Positions 49,009 to 61,881 of a stretch of DNA of 64,000 nucleotides are shown here, one piece after another. Source of the stretch: the human T2T-CHM13v2.0 reference genome, Homo sapiens; the NCBI RefSeq assembly GCF_009914755.1, contig NC_060929.1; one strand, 5' to 3'. The notes below the pieces were generated by a model, which made no database searches, was not told where the DNA came from, and saw only the letters and a program-made list of their open reading frames with translations. The translations under genes were made by a program, and so were the position numbers. Every line of letters starts with the position of its first letter. The first letter of the stretch is position 1.

Positions 49009-50934
49009 TTTAAAAAAATAAAATAAAATAAAATTCTGAGTGGCAGATGAGAGCCAAGGCTTGAGAGGGGCCATAAACCATGGAGAGATTGCTATCAGTG
49101 AAAGATGATTAATTCTCATAGAGACTAATAAATAAAGATAACAATATGTTGTATTATGCTTAGCACGTCTGGTACTTCAAAACTCATAATCAAAGCACAA
49201 ACTGAAATTTGAGTCAGCCATCCTCACTGGGGAAGTTACCTCAGAGGTGACTCTGAACTGCTTTTTAATGAAATCAGCACTGCATGGGATGTAATCGCTG
49301 GCCTTCAGCTCAGGACAATGCAGTAATTGCAGGTGGTGAAAGGGGGATTATCAGCTTTCAAGCGGCTAAAGAGTCAGGTGGCACCAACTTTGTAAAGTGG
49401 ATCAATATTTGTACAATCGATTTTTCTCTCTTTCTTTGGTCTTCAAATGTTAAAGGGTCAGAGAAAAGCATAGATGTATTGCAAGTTAAGAACAAAAAAA
49501 AAAACAAGAACATACATCTGAGTCACTTTTCTTAAGTTGTTGTCATCATGAAGTAACCACATATTAGTTATTAAAATCGGAATTTGAGAATTGAATGGGC
49601 AAGCTAAAATCCACTTAATCCAACTTGCTTCCTTTCTGGATGTAGAAACTTATGATCAGCTGAAATGAACTTATCATTTTAATGAATGTAGTATTTATTT
49701 CTTAAATACAAGTTCTATTGGAGCTATCCCATTGATTATTTTTAGGATTTCTTAAATTGAGATTCCATCTTTATATAAAATTCAACTCAGTTTTTTTCCC
49801 TGAAATTATGCTGTGTGCTTTAAATTATAACTTGTTTTTTTAGAAAAGGAAAATGTTACATTATCAGGAAGAGGCATAGAAATGACTATTTGAAAAACTC
49901 CTAAGCCATATAAAACTCTCATGAGACATTAATTGATCAAATTGTTCTTAATCATGATCTATGTGCCTGACACTGGGTTCATTGCCAGACCTAAAGGAAC
50001 TAATAGCCCATAAAGGAAAAAAGACACCTGAACAAATATTTAATAAAGTGTTTCAATAAATATATGGTAAATATTGTGGTAAATAAAGATGTGGTAAATA
50101 TTGCAATATTGGTACATAAATGCTGTGAAAAGAATTGGAAGTAAAACATCTTGAAAAAATAGTAACCTGTGTAATCTGGAATATTCTGTGGCAACATTTC
50201 CAAGGAATAGTATTAATAAATCACTTTAATTGCCCTTATCCAAGTCAGGATGACAAAATAAATGCTTTATATGAAATGGTGAAAAGCAGAAAAAATTAAA
50301 ATTGGGGGACTTTGTTATTTCATAGGCTGTAATTTCTAGATGCTATTACTACAAAAAATACTTCATGGTAGAAATAATTTATGGACAGCATAGTACTTCA
50401 TGTGGAATTATGCTGGCTGATAGAGATACAGAATTACTGAGTTCTGTTCTTGACAATCTCACAGTCTTCAGAGAGAAAAGACAGGTAAATAAATAACCAT
50501 AAATGCTACAATAACTAAAGTACAGAGAAATGTTTCTCTTGAATCTGTTTTGGCTACACAAGATAAATCTCTTTGAAGGATATCAATGAAAAGTACAATC
50601 ATAATTAGGAGCAGAATCCAAGCCTTGTAAATAGGAAGCAAGGTAGAACACACATTCTGTTGCCTACTCTGAGTTGGCACAAATCTGGCAGGTGTGGATT
50701 TGCATCCAGGTAACCACCTCAGGTTCACACAGGTCAGCACCTGCAGCCACAAACACAGTGATGGTTGGCAGCATTTTTGAAACTTTACCTACTAAATTAG
50801 TCTCCTGTTTCCACCTTCCAAATACCACCGTATGTATGTTAGTCTGGCCTTATTTTCTATCCTCCTTAAAGAGAACTAGGAATTTCAAACCTTCCAAAGG
50901 GCTGTGAAACCCAAATAAAGTGAATTTCCTGCTC

Positions 50935-51111
50935 CAGTGGTTCTCCAACTCTGACCATCAGTTTTTTTAAATGCAAATTCCTAGGACAATCCCGTATCTA
51001 TCAAATTAAATCCACTGGGAGTAGAGCCGGGGGAACTGGTGGGTTTTTTTCAGGTACCCCAAAGGAATTCTGATATAGGTAGTTTATAAGCCTCACTTTG
51101 AGGAACACCAC
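50935..51111. mobile_element. MER5-family MITE
   Basis: cagtggttctc...aaatgcaaattcctagg...cactttgaggaacac. Confidence 0.7.
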
Positions 51112-51299
51112 CTTAGGTTATACAAATATGTACATGCTAGTCAGATACCATCAGGTATTTTGATCCAAGAGTAAGGTGATAAAATGTCTCAGCCATATTT
51201 TTTAAGTGATTAAAGTTATGATAGTTTTCAGTTATATTCTGCAATTAACATGGCCTTGTATGCTTGTTATACACATTCACGAATGGGGAATTACATACA

Positions 51300-52440
51300 A
51301 TAAACACTCTCCCCTTCCTCCTCCTCCCACTAGGCCACTTTCCACCCCAGAGGCTGAGCACTTGGTCACTGCATACAGAGCCTTCCAGGCCTGTTTCTAT
51401 ACAAGCACATATCTATAACTATGATACAATTAAGATTTACTGTGTTTTAATTTTACAGAAATCAAGCTTTTTTATTTTTCACTTAAAAATTTATACAGAT
51501 TTTTGAAGTTAGAATTTATGAATACATTTCATTCTTTTTATTTATTCTATTATATTCTAGTATAAATATACCGTAAGTTGCTTAATTATTCTCAACAGAT
51601 GTACATTTAGGTTATCTCTTTCCTTTGCTATTACAGAAAGCATTTCAGTGAAACATCTTTATGTATGCCTCTTTGTGCAAATGTGCAAGAATTTCTTAGG
51701 GATAGCCACATAGGTGTAGAATTTCTGAATCCAAAAGTATATACATTGTAAGTATCAATTGCCTTCAGACACTACCCTTTTACCACCACATAATAAAACC
51801 TAAATAAGCCTGGTATAATGTCTTGAGCCTGTAGTCCCAGCTACTTAGGAGGCTGAAGTGGGAGGATCCCTTGAGCTGAGGAGTTCAAGCCTAGTCTGGG
51901 CAACATAGCAAGACCCTGTCTCAAAAAAAAAAAAAAAAAGCAAAAAACAGACCTCTCTTTTAGCTTTATTTGGACCTTTGTAAAAAACAAACTAACTAAA
52001 TAAACTTTTTTAAGCCAACTTGATGGGTGGAAATTATATCTTATGCGTTTAATCTGTATTTCCCTGATCATTACTCAATTGAGATTTTTTTTGAGAAGTA
52101 TATGGGTCATCTGTGTTATTTCTGTGAATTGCCTACTCATATCTTTTGCCCACTTTTCCATTCGTCTGTTTATATTTATCTTGTTGGTTTATGGGCATTT
52201 TAAATAGTCTTGGTGGTAATAATATCTATGAAATCATGCTGAGAAAAGTAGAAAGAAAACCAACAATCACATAATAATTATAGAATTGGGGCTATAAATA
52301 TGAAATTAATATTATAAGCAATATTTCAGTGTGTCTATTATATGTGTTTTTATTTTATTTATGATGCCTACTGTCATACAGAGCTGTTTTCTATTTTATG
52401 TAGTCTAACCTGTCCATCATCATGTCTATAGAGTCTAGAT
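51300..52440 (-). mobile_element. Old L1 (L1ME-like) 3' region
   Basis: gatgtacatttaggttat, tttgctattaca, tatttccctgatca, ctcatatcttttgcccacttttc. Confidence 0.7.
51808..51939 (+). mobile_element. FLAM_A-like Alu monomer
   Basis: gcctgtagtcccagctact...ggagttcaag...agaccctgtctc plus poly-A. Confidence 0.88.
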
Positions 52441-52724
52441 GTACTTACTGTCTCTGTTGCTTTCTGGATGTGCATGGGGGTGGCTGCTGGGGCGAAGAAG
52501 AGAGGCAGGGTAAAAATTGATCAGGGCTTTTTAGCTTCAGTGACTTCACAGTGAGTGGTACCATTAACTGACATAGGAGATGGAGGGAAAAAAGCAGACT
52601 TGAGAAGGAAAACCATTGTTGAGTTCTGTGTGGGGTACGCTGGGTTTCAGATTCCAGATGAAAATCTTGATTGCGATGCCCAGTACAAAGTTGAAAATGT
52701 ACCCATCACTCACCAAAAAAGCAA

Positions 52725-52971
52725 TTTTTTTTTTTTGAGACAGAGTTTCGCTCTTGTCACCCAGGCTGGAGGGCAATGCACGATCTCGGCTCAGGGCAAC
52801 CTCCGCCTTCCAGGTTCAAGTGATTCTCCTGCCTCAGCCTCCCGAGTAGCTGGGATTACAGGCATGCGCCACCACACCCAGCTAATTTTTGTATTTTTGG
52901 TAGAGATGGGGTTTCACCACACTGGCCAGGCTGGTCTTGAACTCCTGACCTCAGGTGATCCACCCGCCTCC
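52725..52971 (-). mobile_element. AluS (Sq-like), 5'-truncated
   Basis: Ends at cacccgcctcc; TSD aaa(a/g)aagcaat on both sides. Confidence 0.95.
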
Positions 52972-53649
52972 AAAGAAGCAATCTTTTTATAGATGTCTGT
53001 GGCCCCTGACTGGTGCTCACCTTCTAGTTTTGCTGTGTGAGCCTACTTTCTTTTGTTTACATGAGACTGGAGTCCAGCCATCAGCTCAAAGCACATGATG
53101 TCAAGTTTCTAGAACCAGATTGACTAGAGCCTGCTAATGAGCTCACTCTCATGGTCTGTGTTCTTGCCTGGAAATACAATATTGCATACATTTTTAAAAT
53201 AAGCCCACTGGGGCAAAAATTATTCCTAAGCTCCTTGCAGAGGTTACTACCTGTTTGTTCTAATTTTCACGGTTTTTAAACAACTAGATAAACAGAAAAT
53301 ATTGGTGTTTCAGCAGCTACCTACTCTTTCTGCTTCAAGGCTTTTTACATTTTATGAATATGGACAGTTTAGACCTAGGTATAGGCTGTAATTATCAATA
53401 TATTATTGACTTACCAGCTTGATATTTGCAAACTTTCCTATAGCCCTCAAATTTTACAGAGACACTGAAGCTTAGAGAGATTGAATGCCTTGCTCAACAT
53501 CATGCTGCTAGTAAGTGAAAGTGCCCAGATTTAAACAAAATATGTTCCTTCATTTCTGGGAATAATGGTTAAGCCCTGAGCTCAAGAGAGAGGTCTAGGC
53601 TAGAAATATGGACCTGCGATACATTTCCTTGAAGATCTGGAGCTGAATA

Positions 53650-54247
53650 CAGGTTTGGCTTCATGGATGTACAACTTGTGTAGTTATAAAGGAATGCTGT
53701 GTCCTCACCAAAACTCATGTGAAAATTTGATTCTCAAAGTAGTGATGTTGGGCAAGGGAGCCTAGTGGGAGATGTTTCAGTTATGGGGGCAGATCCCTCA
53801 TGAATGGCTTGGTGCCATTCTTACAGTAGTGAGTTATCATCCTAGCGTGACTGGATTTGTTCTCCAGGAAGATCAGTTTCCATGTCAGTGAGTTGTTATA
53901 AAGCCAGCATGCCCCTCAGATTTTGTTTGTTCACAATGTATCTGCTTCCTTTTCAACCTTCTCTGCCATGTTATGATGCAGCACAAAAGCCCTCTCCAGA
54001 AGCCAGGGCCATACCCCTTGAACTTCCCAACCTGCAGAACTATGAGCTAAATAAACCTCTTTTCTTTATAAGTTTTATAAGTTATCCAGTTTCAAGTGTT
54101 CTATTATAGCAACACAAAACAAACAAATGAGGCCATGTCTGGCTTAATGTTCTGCTATTGCCATCTTGAAATTTTTAATAATTGTTAAGCAAATGACCCT
54201 GCATTCTTATTTTACACTAGGCCTCACAAATTATGTAGCCAGTCCTG
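53650..54247. mobile_element. MER53 hAT MITE, interrupted by an MST LTR
   Basis: CAGG...CCTG termini; TSD gctgaat(a/g) at 53642-53649 and 54248-54255; cacaaattatgtagcc. Confidence 0.85.
53695..54130 (+). mobile_element. MSTB-like MaLR LTR
   Basis: gggggcagatccctcatgaatggcttggtgcc, gttgttataaagccag, tgagctaaataaacctcttttc. Confidence 0.9.
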
Positions 54248-54255
54248 GCTGAATG

Positions 54256-54900
54256 AGATTGTTTAAGGGATGTGAATAAATTAAGACTCACAGCAAGACA
54301 AGGGACAGAATCCTAGCAGACCCAACTTGGAAGTATTGGCAGAAGTAGAATTGTCCACGAAGAGAATTTTGAAATAATGATGCAAAAAGTAGAAAGAAAA
54401 CCAACAGGCAGGGGTGTGGTAGGAAGTGAGGGAGGAGCTCAATAAAGGAAGAGAGGATCCACAGTGTCACCTGTTATAAGGGGTCCCCAGGCCACTAAAA
54501 ACTAAAATGAGGCATTTGTCTTTTGAGGGGTCAGAAAGTGAGAAACGGTGCTGGCAGAGGCCAGATGCAGCTCAAGTGTGACAAGGAGGTCATGAAGTGA
54601 AGCTGGTGTGAATAGACTATCCAAGGAAGAATTTTGGGAAGCAGTTTGGAGGCTATGCAGACACAAGGGACAGCAATTTTTTAATGGGAGAAATCAGAAA
54701 ATGTCTATGCCTGGGGGAAGAAGCAAGAAAGGGGAAATAAGTAGAAATAAAAGAACGGATGATTCAAGAGAAATTAGCATTATCATGAGGTCTGAGGTCA
54801 TATGTAAAAGAATGAGGTAGATGATGGGCATGCAGTTAGACAGAAGAACAGAGAGAAAAGAGAATGAGTACAGATAAACAAGGGAAGGTGGAAGGTAAGG
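54256..54900 (-). mobile_element. L2 fragment
   Basis: Degenerate antisense L2 (agaaagaaaaccaacagg, cagaggccagatgcag, atagactatccaaggaag). Confidence 0.5.
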
Positions 54901-55344
54901 AAACTTAAGGAGTTTATGCTGGGTAACCTCTGTTTTTTTCTAATTACATAGGAACAAGACTTCAAATGTGAAGATAGGAGGAGCAAAGATAAAAGTCATT
55001 TCTAATTGGAAAGAGAGCCAACCATGCATGAGTAATGGAAAAGTCAGGCTGTGCGGTTACTGACTCCCTGAAATTTTTGTCAGACCACATGCAACATTTT
55101 CTTGCATGGCTATGAATCAAACAGGAGAGAGTCATCTTCACATTTCTGTCCAGTTGGTTTTAGTTGTTCAGAATTATTTACAAAGTGACATGTTTCTTGA
55201 ATGCTTTCTTATATTCTAGATCTGAGAATTATCAGAGGTAAGGCAGAAAGAATTAGCTTAGCTCTGCTTTTGGCAGCATGAGGATTCCAGGAAGTATTGA
55301 TATTCAAATTCTCTAATTATACTAATTTTTGAATCTGTGTCACT

Positions 55345-55490
55345 TCTTTTTCCTTTTCAAAAAAATTTTTTGTAGAGATGGGGTCTCACTATGTAGCCCA
55401 GGCTGATCTTGAACTCCTGGCCTCAAGTAATCCTCCTGCCTCAGCCTCCCTAAGTGGTGGGATTACAGGTATGAGCCACCTCACCCAGCC
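55345..55490 (-). mobile_element. FLAM_C / AluJ left monomer
   Basis: gtagagatggggtctcactatgtagcccaggctg...cctcaagtaatcctcc. Confidence 0.88.
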
Positions 55491-55499
55491 TGAGTCTGT

Positions 55500-55880
55500 G
55501 GCATTTCTGTGCAAGCCTACTAGGCTCCAGACATTTTTATATACATCATCTCATTTAATCCTTGTAAGATTCCTATGTCATTATCTTAATCATGCAGAGA
55601 AAGAAATTGAAACTCCAAGAACTGATAATTAAGTTCAAGGTCACAGGTAGTACCAATCAGGATTCAACCAGACCATAACAACACTGTGGCCACTGCCCAT
55701 TCCCCAACCATATGCATTAAAATCACCTTATGAGTTATAGTAATTTTGCACAGATGGTCCCACATGAAGTTTATAAACAACCCTGAGAGGTAGATATTAT
55801 TATTTTCAGTTTACAGATAAGAAAACTGAGATTCAATGTGACTTGCCCCAAATCACTCAGTGGGTGAATTCAGCCTTTTT
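55500..55880 (-). mobile_element. Two MIR fragments
   Basis: tctcatttaatcct; aacaaccctgagaggtag...tttacagataagaaaactgag...tgacttgccc. Confidence 0.7.
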
Positions 55881-57556
55881 AGCATAAAAACCCATGCTAT
55901 TTCCAGAAAATACATTTAGGGCAGCATTCCTCCCAGTGAACCATATCAGGTTTGCATATAGCCACTGAATTTATCTTGAGATGATACTGTCTGAGAATGC
56001 ACAGCCTGCAGGTGTGGTTACCTAAAGAGAGAAAGTGTATAAGTTGATGGGAACTGAGACTTTCCCCAAAGGGTGTAGAGTGTAGAATTAAAAAGGAACC
56101 AGGGTCACATTGGGCAAATGTGACCGTTGTTCTCTGTGAAGAGTTACCCAAAGATTGGAATATGTCCTTGGGGTTGCCGAGGTGGCAGCTGTGTATCCAG
56201 GATGGAGAAGGGGAGAGTAAGACAAAGTTCCCCTTTTGCTTAAAAGGACCAGGTGGAGGTCCATGAAAGGACAAGCCTGTAACCCAGAAACTGCAGGGAA
56301 TCCAAAGAGCCAGTGGTGGCAGGGGAGAAAGCCCACGATCCTCTAAGGGGGCCCCTGCCTTGTTTGAGGCTGAAAACTGAGTGATCCTGAGAAGTCAAAG
56401 ATAGAGGAAGAACCCTCTTGCTGGAGAGAAGCAAAACAGGGAGGTCCTGGCCAAATTTTTTTAAGTTAATTTTAAGCCTATGCTAAACTATAACTTACCA
56501 AATCTCTATATTGCTTGGATGCCCTGAAGTGTTGTGCATCATAGTTTGAGGCAATGTGTTCTATTTCATTTACATGGTTTGGGGAACAGTTCTGCAGTAG
56601 AATTAAATGGGGAAAGTCAGAAGCTCCTCAAAGGGCCATCTTTCAAGGAGAATTTCTTCTTAGTTTGAATGAGTGGTGATAGCAGAAAGTTACCAGAATA
56701 ATCAGCAGCAGTACGCAGGAAAGCACCTTCTACACACAGGCTGCCTTCCTGGCACCTTTTGTCCCTCATAGTGATCTATTCACACTCCCAGTGGTTACTG
56801 TGCGACCCCAGGATCTCTTCCCACAGTTTCAGTCCAGAGTTCATCTGGCCTCTCCCACCAATACACATTGACCTCCTGTTCCTCCTAGGTCTGGCTCTGC
56901 AAGCTTACTAAATCAATGTCACAAGTTTCTCACCAGGGTTAGTAACTTATAAGTGAGAAGTTGCTCAGATTATCATTACTAGGACAATAATTATGACCTT
57001 CAGTCTTATTGGAGCAAGAGAAAATGTCTAGGTTTATATATGTAATTCTATGTATGAATATGTGTGCGTACACATATATTTACACACACACACACAGTGC
57101 CATCAGCAGTTTATCTGAAATTGATTTTCATTATGAAAGGCAAAATGAAAATTGGAAGCTTCATCAAAATAAGACGACATGAGTATTGCATGTTGCCAAA
57201 ACCATTAAAATGAATGAGATAGTTATGCTCCTAGCACGGGGCCACCAGCTTAGGGTGGAGTGTTATCACAGCCCTGCTGGTTAATCAGCAGTTCTCCAAG
57301 GACAGCTGCTATTTGGTTGGTTAATGTATTTCTGTTTGGCATGTGCCCTCATGTTGTTGAATATCTGAAGTGTGTAGTTTAGCAAAGCAGACACAGAAGG
57401 ATTATATTCCTATGACTTGACTGCAGACATAGCTGACTAGACATAATTTTTCTTTACAAACTTTATCTTGTACTATTAGCAATATTTAACCCAGCATATT
57501 TTCCATTCATGTAATTTACCAAAAAAAAAAAAATAGGCATTTAAAATGTTCAGAGT

Positions 57557-58120
57557 AACACACCACTTTGGAAAAGAGTTTGTCAGCTCCTTAAAAAATT
57601 AAATGCAAATCTACCATACTAATTCAGCCATTCCTCTCCTACGTGTTTATCCAAGAAAAATGAAAGCAAATGTCCATACAAAGATTTATAGAACAAGAAT
57701 GTTCACAGCAGCTTTATTTATGATAGCAAACATCTAAAAGCAACACAAATATCCATCAGCAGGTGAATAGATAAGCCAATTGTGGTACATGCATGCAATG
57801 AAATACTACTTGGCAATAAAAATGAATGAGCTGTTGATACAATGAAATCACACGAATGAATCTCAAAATAATTATGCTGAGTGAAGGAAGTCAGACAAAA
57901 AAAGAATACATATTGTCTGACTCCATTTACATAAAATTATAGAAAGTGTGAACTGATCTATAGTGATGGAAAGCATATCAGTGGTTGAGTACACAAAGAA
58001 ACAAGTTCATTAACTTGATCGTGGTGATGGATTTATAGGTATATGCATATGTAAAAACTTATCAAATTATACAATGTTAAAGATGTGTTATTTATTGTAT
58101 TTCAATTATATCACAATGGA
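57557..58120 (+). mobile_element. L1MD-like 3' region
   Basis: ccactttggaaaa, gaatctcaaaataattatgctgagtgaaggaagtcagac, cttgatcgtggtgatgg. Confidence 0.85.
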
Positions 58121-59040
58121 TTTTTTAAAAGTAGAGACTGTATGTAGGAATGTGGACAAAGTAAACAAGATTGGCAAGGATATCCTTGCTCTATAGGAGC
58201 TGTTTGGTTAAGAAGGCACTACATGACCAACTCAATAATAGAAGGTGAGAGAAAATCATGTATATGCTTATTTTGCATTAGTTACATATTTCTTTTCACC
58301 ATCTCTACGTCTTCTTCTCACCTCCTGCCCCCAATCCTCTCATTGATTAGTAAGTGCTATTATTGAAGCAGAGATATTTTGGTTCATTGTTAGCAATTTC
58401 AGCTTCTGTTAATATCTTTCTTCCTCTTGACTTAGGGTGGAAATTTAGCATTACAACTGTAAAAAAAAATATTAGGAGTAGAAGTTGAAACTGAGGTTGA
58501 GAGAGAACAGTTAATAGAGCAGTTTAGTAGTAGGTAGAAATTAGAATTTGGGAAGTTTGCCTTGGAAAGAAGGGCGGATACTTTTGTTTAGGGAAATGGG
58601 ACCAAAGGAATAGAGGAGGAGATGGAGGGATATTGAAGGAGTTGGAACACCGCTTAGCAAATGGTCTTTTTTCTGACATGTTAATGGAATAGTCTTAAGA
58701 TAAAGATAAGGAATATAAAAAAGGGGCTGGGATTTGAGGCAAAAGAAGAATTTGGGAATAGTCCCATGGGAAATCACTAGGGAGTCAACAAGAAGTGGGG
58801 GGAAAAAAAGAAAAACAAAAGCTTTGCTGAATAGCACCGAAGCAGCACTTGAACTCAACTAGCATGAATTTCTGTGGAGTGCCCTTAGCATGGTTTAGAA
58901 AATTTTCAACAATATTAGTGGTATTCAGTTAGAGGCACAATCAGCCTTCATTGTCAGAAGCAGAAAAAAGTGTTTGCACCTTTAAAAAAATTAAAGTTCA
59001 TTCTCAGCCAGATAAACTATTATATTAAGAAAAATTGAGG

Positions 59041-59348
<308 letters not shown>

Positions 59349-59504
59349 TTATGCTTTTCAAAATGTTTGCTCACAGATTTTCAACTACTTTCAGTAACGT
59401 ATATTGTTTCCCAAACATGCACTTTATTGTATGTAGCAACTGAGTATTTTTACAACTAACTATAAATAAAGCTATTGTAACCAGCTTATTTACTTCCTGG
59501 TTTC

Positions 59505-59695
59505 AATGTGGTAGGCACTACTTTAGGCATTTTAAATATATTAACTCATTTAATGCTCATAACAATGCAATTACATGCTTCACAAAGGAGAAAACTGAAG
59601 CACACAGAGGTTAGACTTCTGATAAATGACAAAGCTAGGATTCAAGAATCTGGCTCCAGGGCCCAGTTTCTAACCTATATAATATAGTGCCTTGC
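59505..59695 (-). mobile_element. MIR
   Basis: taactcatttaatgctcataacaa...gaaaactgaagcacacagaggtta. Confidence 0.75.
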
Positions 59696-60789
59696 ATACA
59701 ATTATGATATTACATTATGTTAGTCATGTATGTCACAATTATACCAAATAAGCCAGAGTCATGGAATACAATCAGAAAGCAACTTTCTTTTCATCCCCCA
59801 CTGTACTTTTACATTTATTCAGTATGTCTAGTCCATCCCTATTTCTGAATGAAATTTAGGGCAATCTCATGACTTTTAGAGTTACTCTTAATAATTTAAG
59901 ATCGTGCAATCAGTAATATACACATCCAGTCCAGTGCAATAGCTAGCATTTAAATTTCATCAAAAGCTGATTCTTTTTTTCCAGTGCAGGCCTAATCACC
60001 CTAGCAACCTATGAAAATGGTAGTAGGAAGGAAGTTTGACTTTTTCTCTCTCTTTCCCACCTTGCACTTTTATACTTCCTGACCTGCCTTGTTTACTGTG
60101 CTTTCTGACGCCTACCTCCAAGGTCAAAGGGGGAAGAGGAGCTTAAGTGGCAGCAAACGTCTAACTAACAACACTGTGGTATTAGTGCCTTGCAGTTATG
60201 GGTTCACAGCCTACCATCTCCCAGAGGCACTTTGGTGGTCTGTTTGCAATTCTTTCCTTACCACCAGGGATTTCTTACTTGCAGTTCCCTTGAGTAAGGC
60301 AAGCCCAGCTGATCATTAGCTACTTCCTTGACTTTCTAGGTAACTGACAGTTTCCTTCTGTTGGGGTATGCACACACTTAGACAGTTCTCTTGAACAAAA
60401 CTTAGGTGGTCCCGTACAGGCATTCTTTCCCATTGAACCATATGTGATCCATGAGAAACATTCAAGCATCATTTGTCCTGACCAACTCCCAATGGTCCAG
60501 GCCACTAACATAGCCATCTCTCCTTTGATAAGCCACCTCTTTTACATTTTCCATAAAGGATTCGGGAGCACAGTTCACCTAGAACTGTAAACTGTAGAGA
60601 ATAGTTTATTCGGTTCTTTAAATCTCTCATATCTTGACTTGAGGTGAAGGAGAAAGTAGTTCCCAGGCAACCTCTTCCATTTAGGTTAAAGGACTTATAG
60701 CACACCCCTAGCTGTCTCCAAAAAATTCTCCTATAATCTTTGATCCCATCTCCTTTTGTTTATTTATGAGAGTGCATTAAGAGTTACAA

Positions 60790-61881
60790 ACCTAAATTTC
60801 TAACAATCAAATTCAGCAAGTTTGCTGGATATAACAGCACTATACAAATTCAATAGTGTTCCTAGGTGGTTATCAGTAACCAAATACGTAATATTTATAA
60901 GCATAATAAAATATAATTTAGAAGCCATTCACAATAGCAACAAAAATTACAAGGCATCCAAAAATAAATTTACTCTATATAAGATAGTTATGGGAAGGCA
61001 CAATATCATAAAGTCTGTTCCTCCAACATTTTCTATAAATGCAATAATATTCCAAAATTTTTAATAACTACAATGAAATGTTTCATGTCATTTAACAACT
61101 AATGAAAAATATATACAAAAGATTAAAGGGTGGGAGTTCTAAACAATTCTGAAGAAAAGAAAATGGTGGGAAGTCTTGATGTACAAGCATGCAAGTCTTT
61201 TTTATTTTCTTATTTTATTTTATTTTATTTTTTTTTTAGAGACAGAGTCTCACTCTGTCTCCCAAGCTGCAGCCTTGACTCCCTGGGCTTAAGCAATCGT
61301 CCCACCTCTGCCTCCTGCATAGCTAGAACTACAGGTGTGCACCACCATGCCTGGCTAAAAGACTTATTTTAAAGTTATGGAGAAGTAAAAGTGAAGTATT
61401 GGTTCAGGAATAGACAGATAAAGAACAGAACAGAGAATTTTTTAAAGTCCAAGCAAAAATGAGATATTGTTATAAAATGTGGGACTAAAACTTAGCTGGA
61501 AAAGGATGAGCCATTCAATAAACTAAAACAAGAGGACAAATGAAAATAGGTCTCAGTCAAAAAAAATTCAAACAAAAATTCCATAAAGACTAAAACAAGT
61601 GTAAAATTCAAACTTGAGGAACAAAATATCAACTATCCCATGATATTAGGAAAGGTAGAGATTTCTTATAAAAGCCACCAAAAGCACAAAACTAAGAAAA
61701 AGATGGAAAATTGTGACTACTTAAATGCAAAACATCTGGCAGTCAAAAGATACCATAACCAAGTTAAAGCAAGCTACAAAGTGAAGAAACATATTTACAT
61801 ATATACAACAAGCAAAGGCTTATATCCAGAATACACAAAAAGCTTCTACCGCATCATTAAGAAAAGAAATAGAAAAATACT
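60790..61881 (+). mobile_element. Old L1 (L1M/L1ME-like) ORF2 remnant
   Basis: aattcagcaagtttgctggatataa, ccattcacaatagcaacaaaa, aaaggcttatatccagaata. Confidence 0.7.
61198..61357 (-). mobile_element. AluJ right arm / FRAM with internal deletion
   Basis: gagacagagtctcactctgt...gggcttaagcaatc...caccaccatgcctggctaa. Confidence 0.85.

Noticed and set aside
55900-56450. Possible old LTR-like block with inverted repeat GGTCACATT-N5-AATGTGACC (56103-56125)
   Set aside because: I could not assign a family, and the 13-nt half-site spacing matches no standard nuclear-receptor element.
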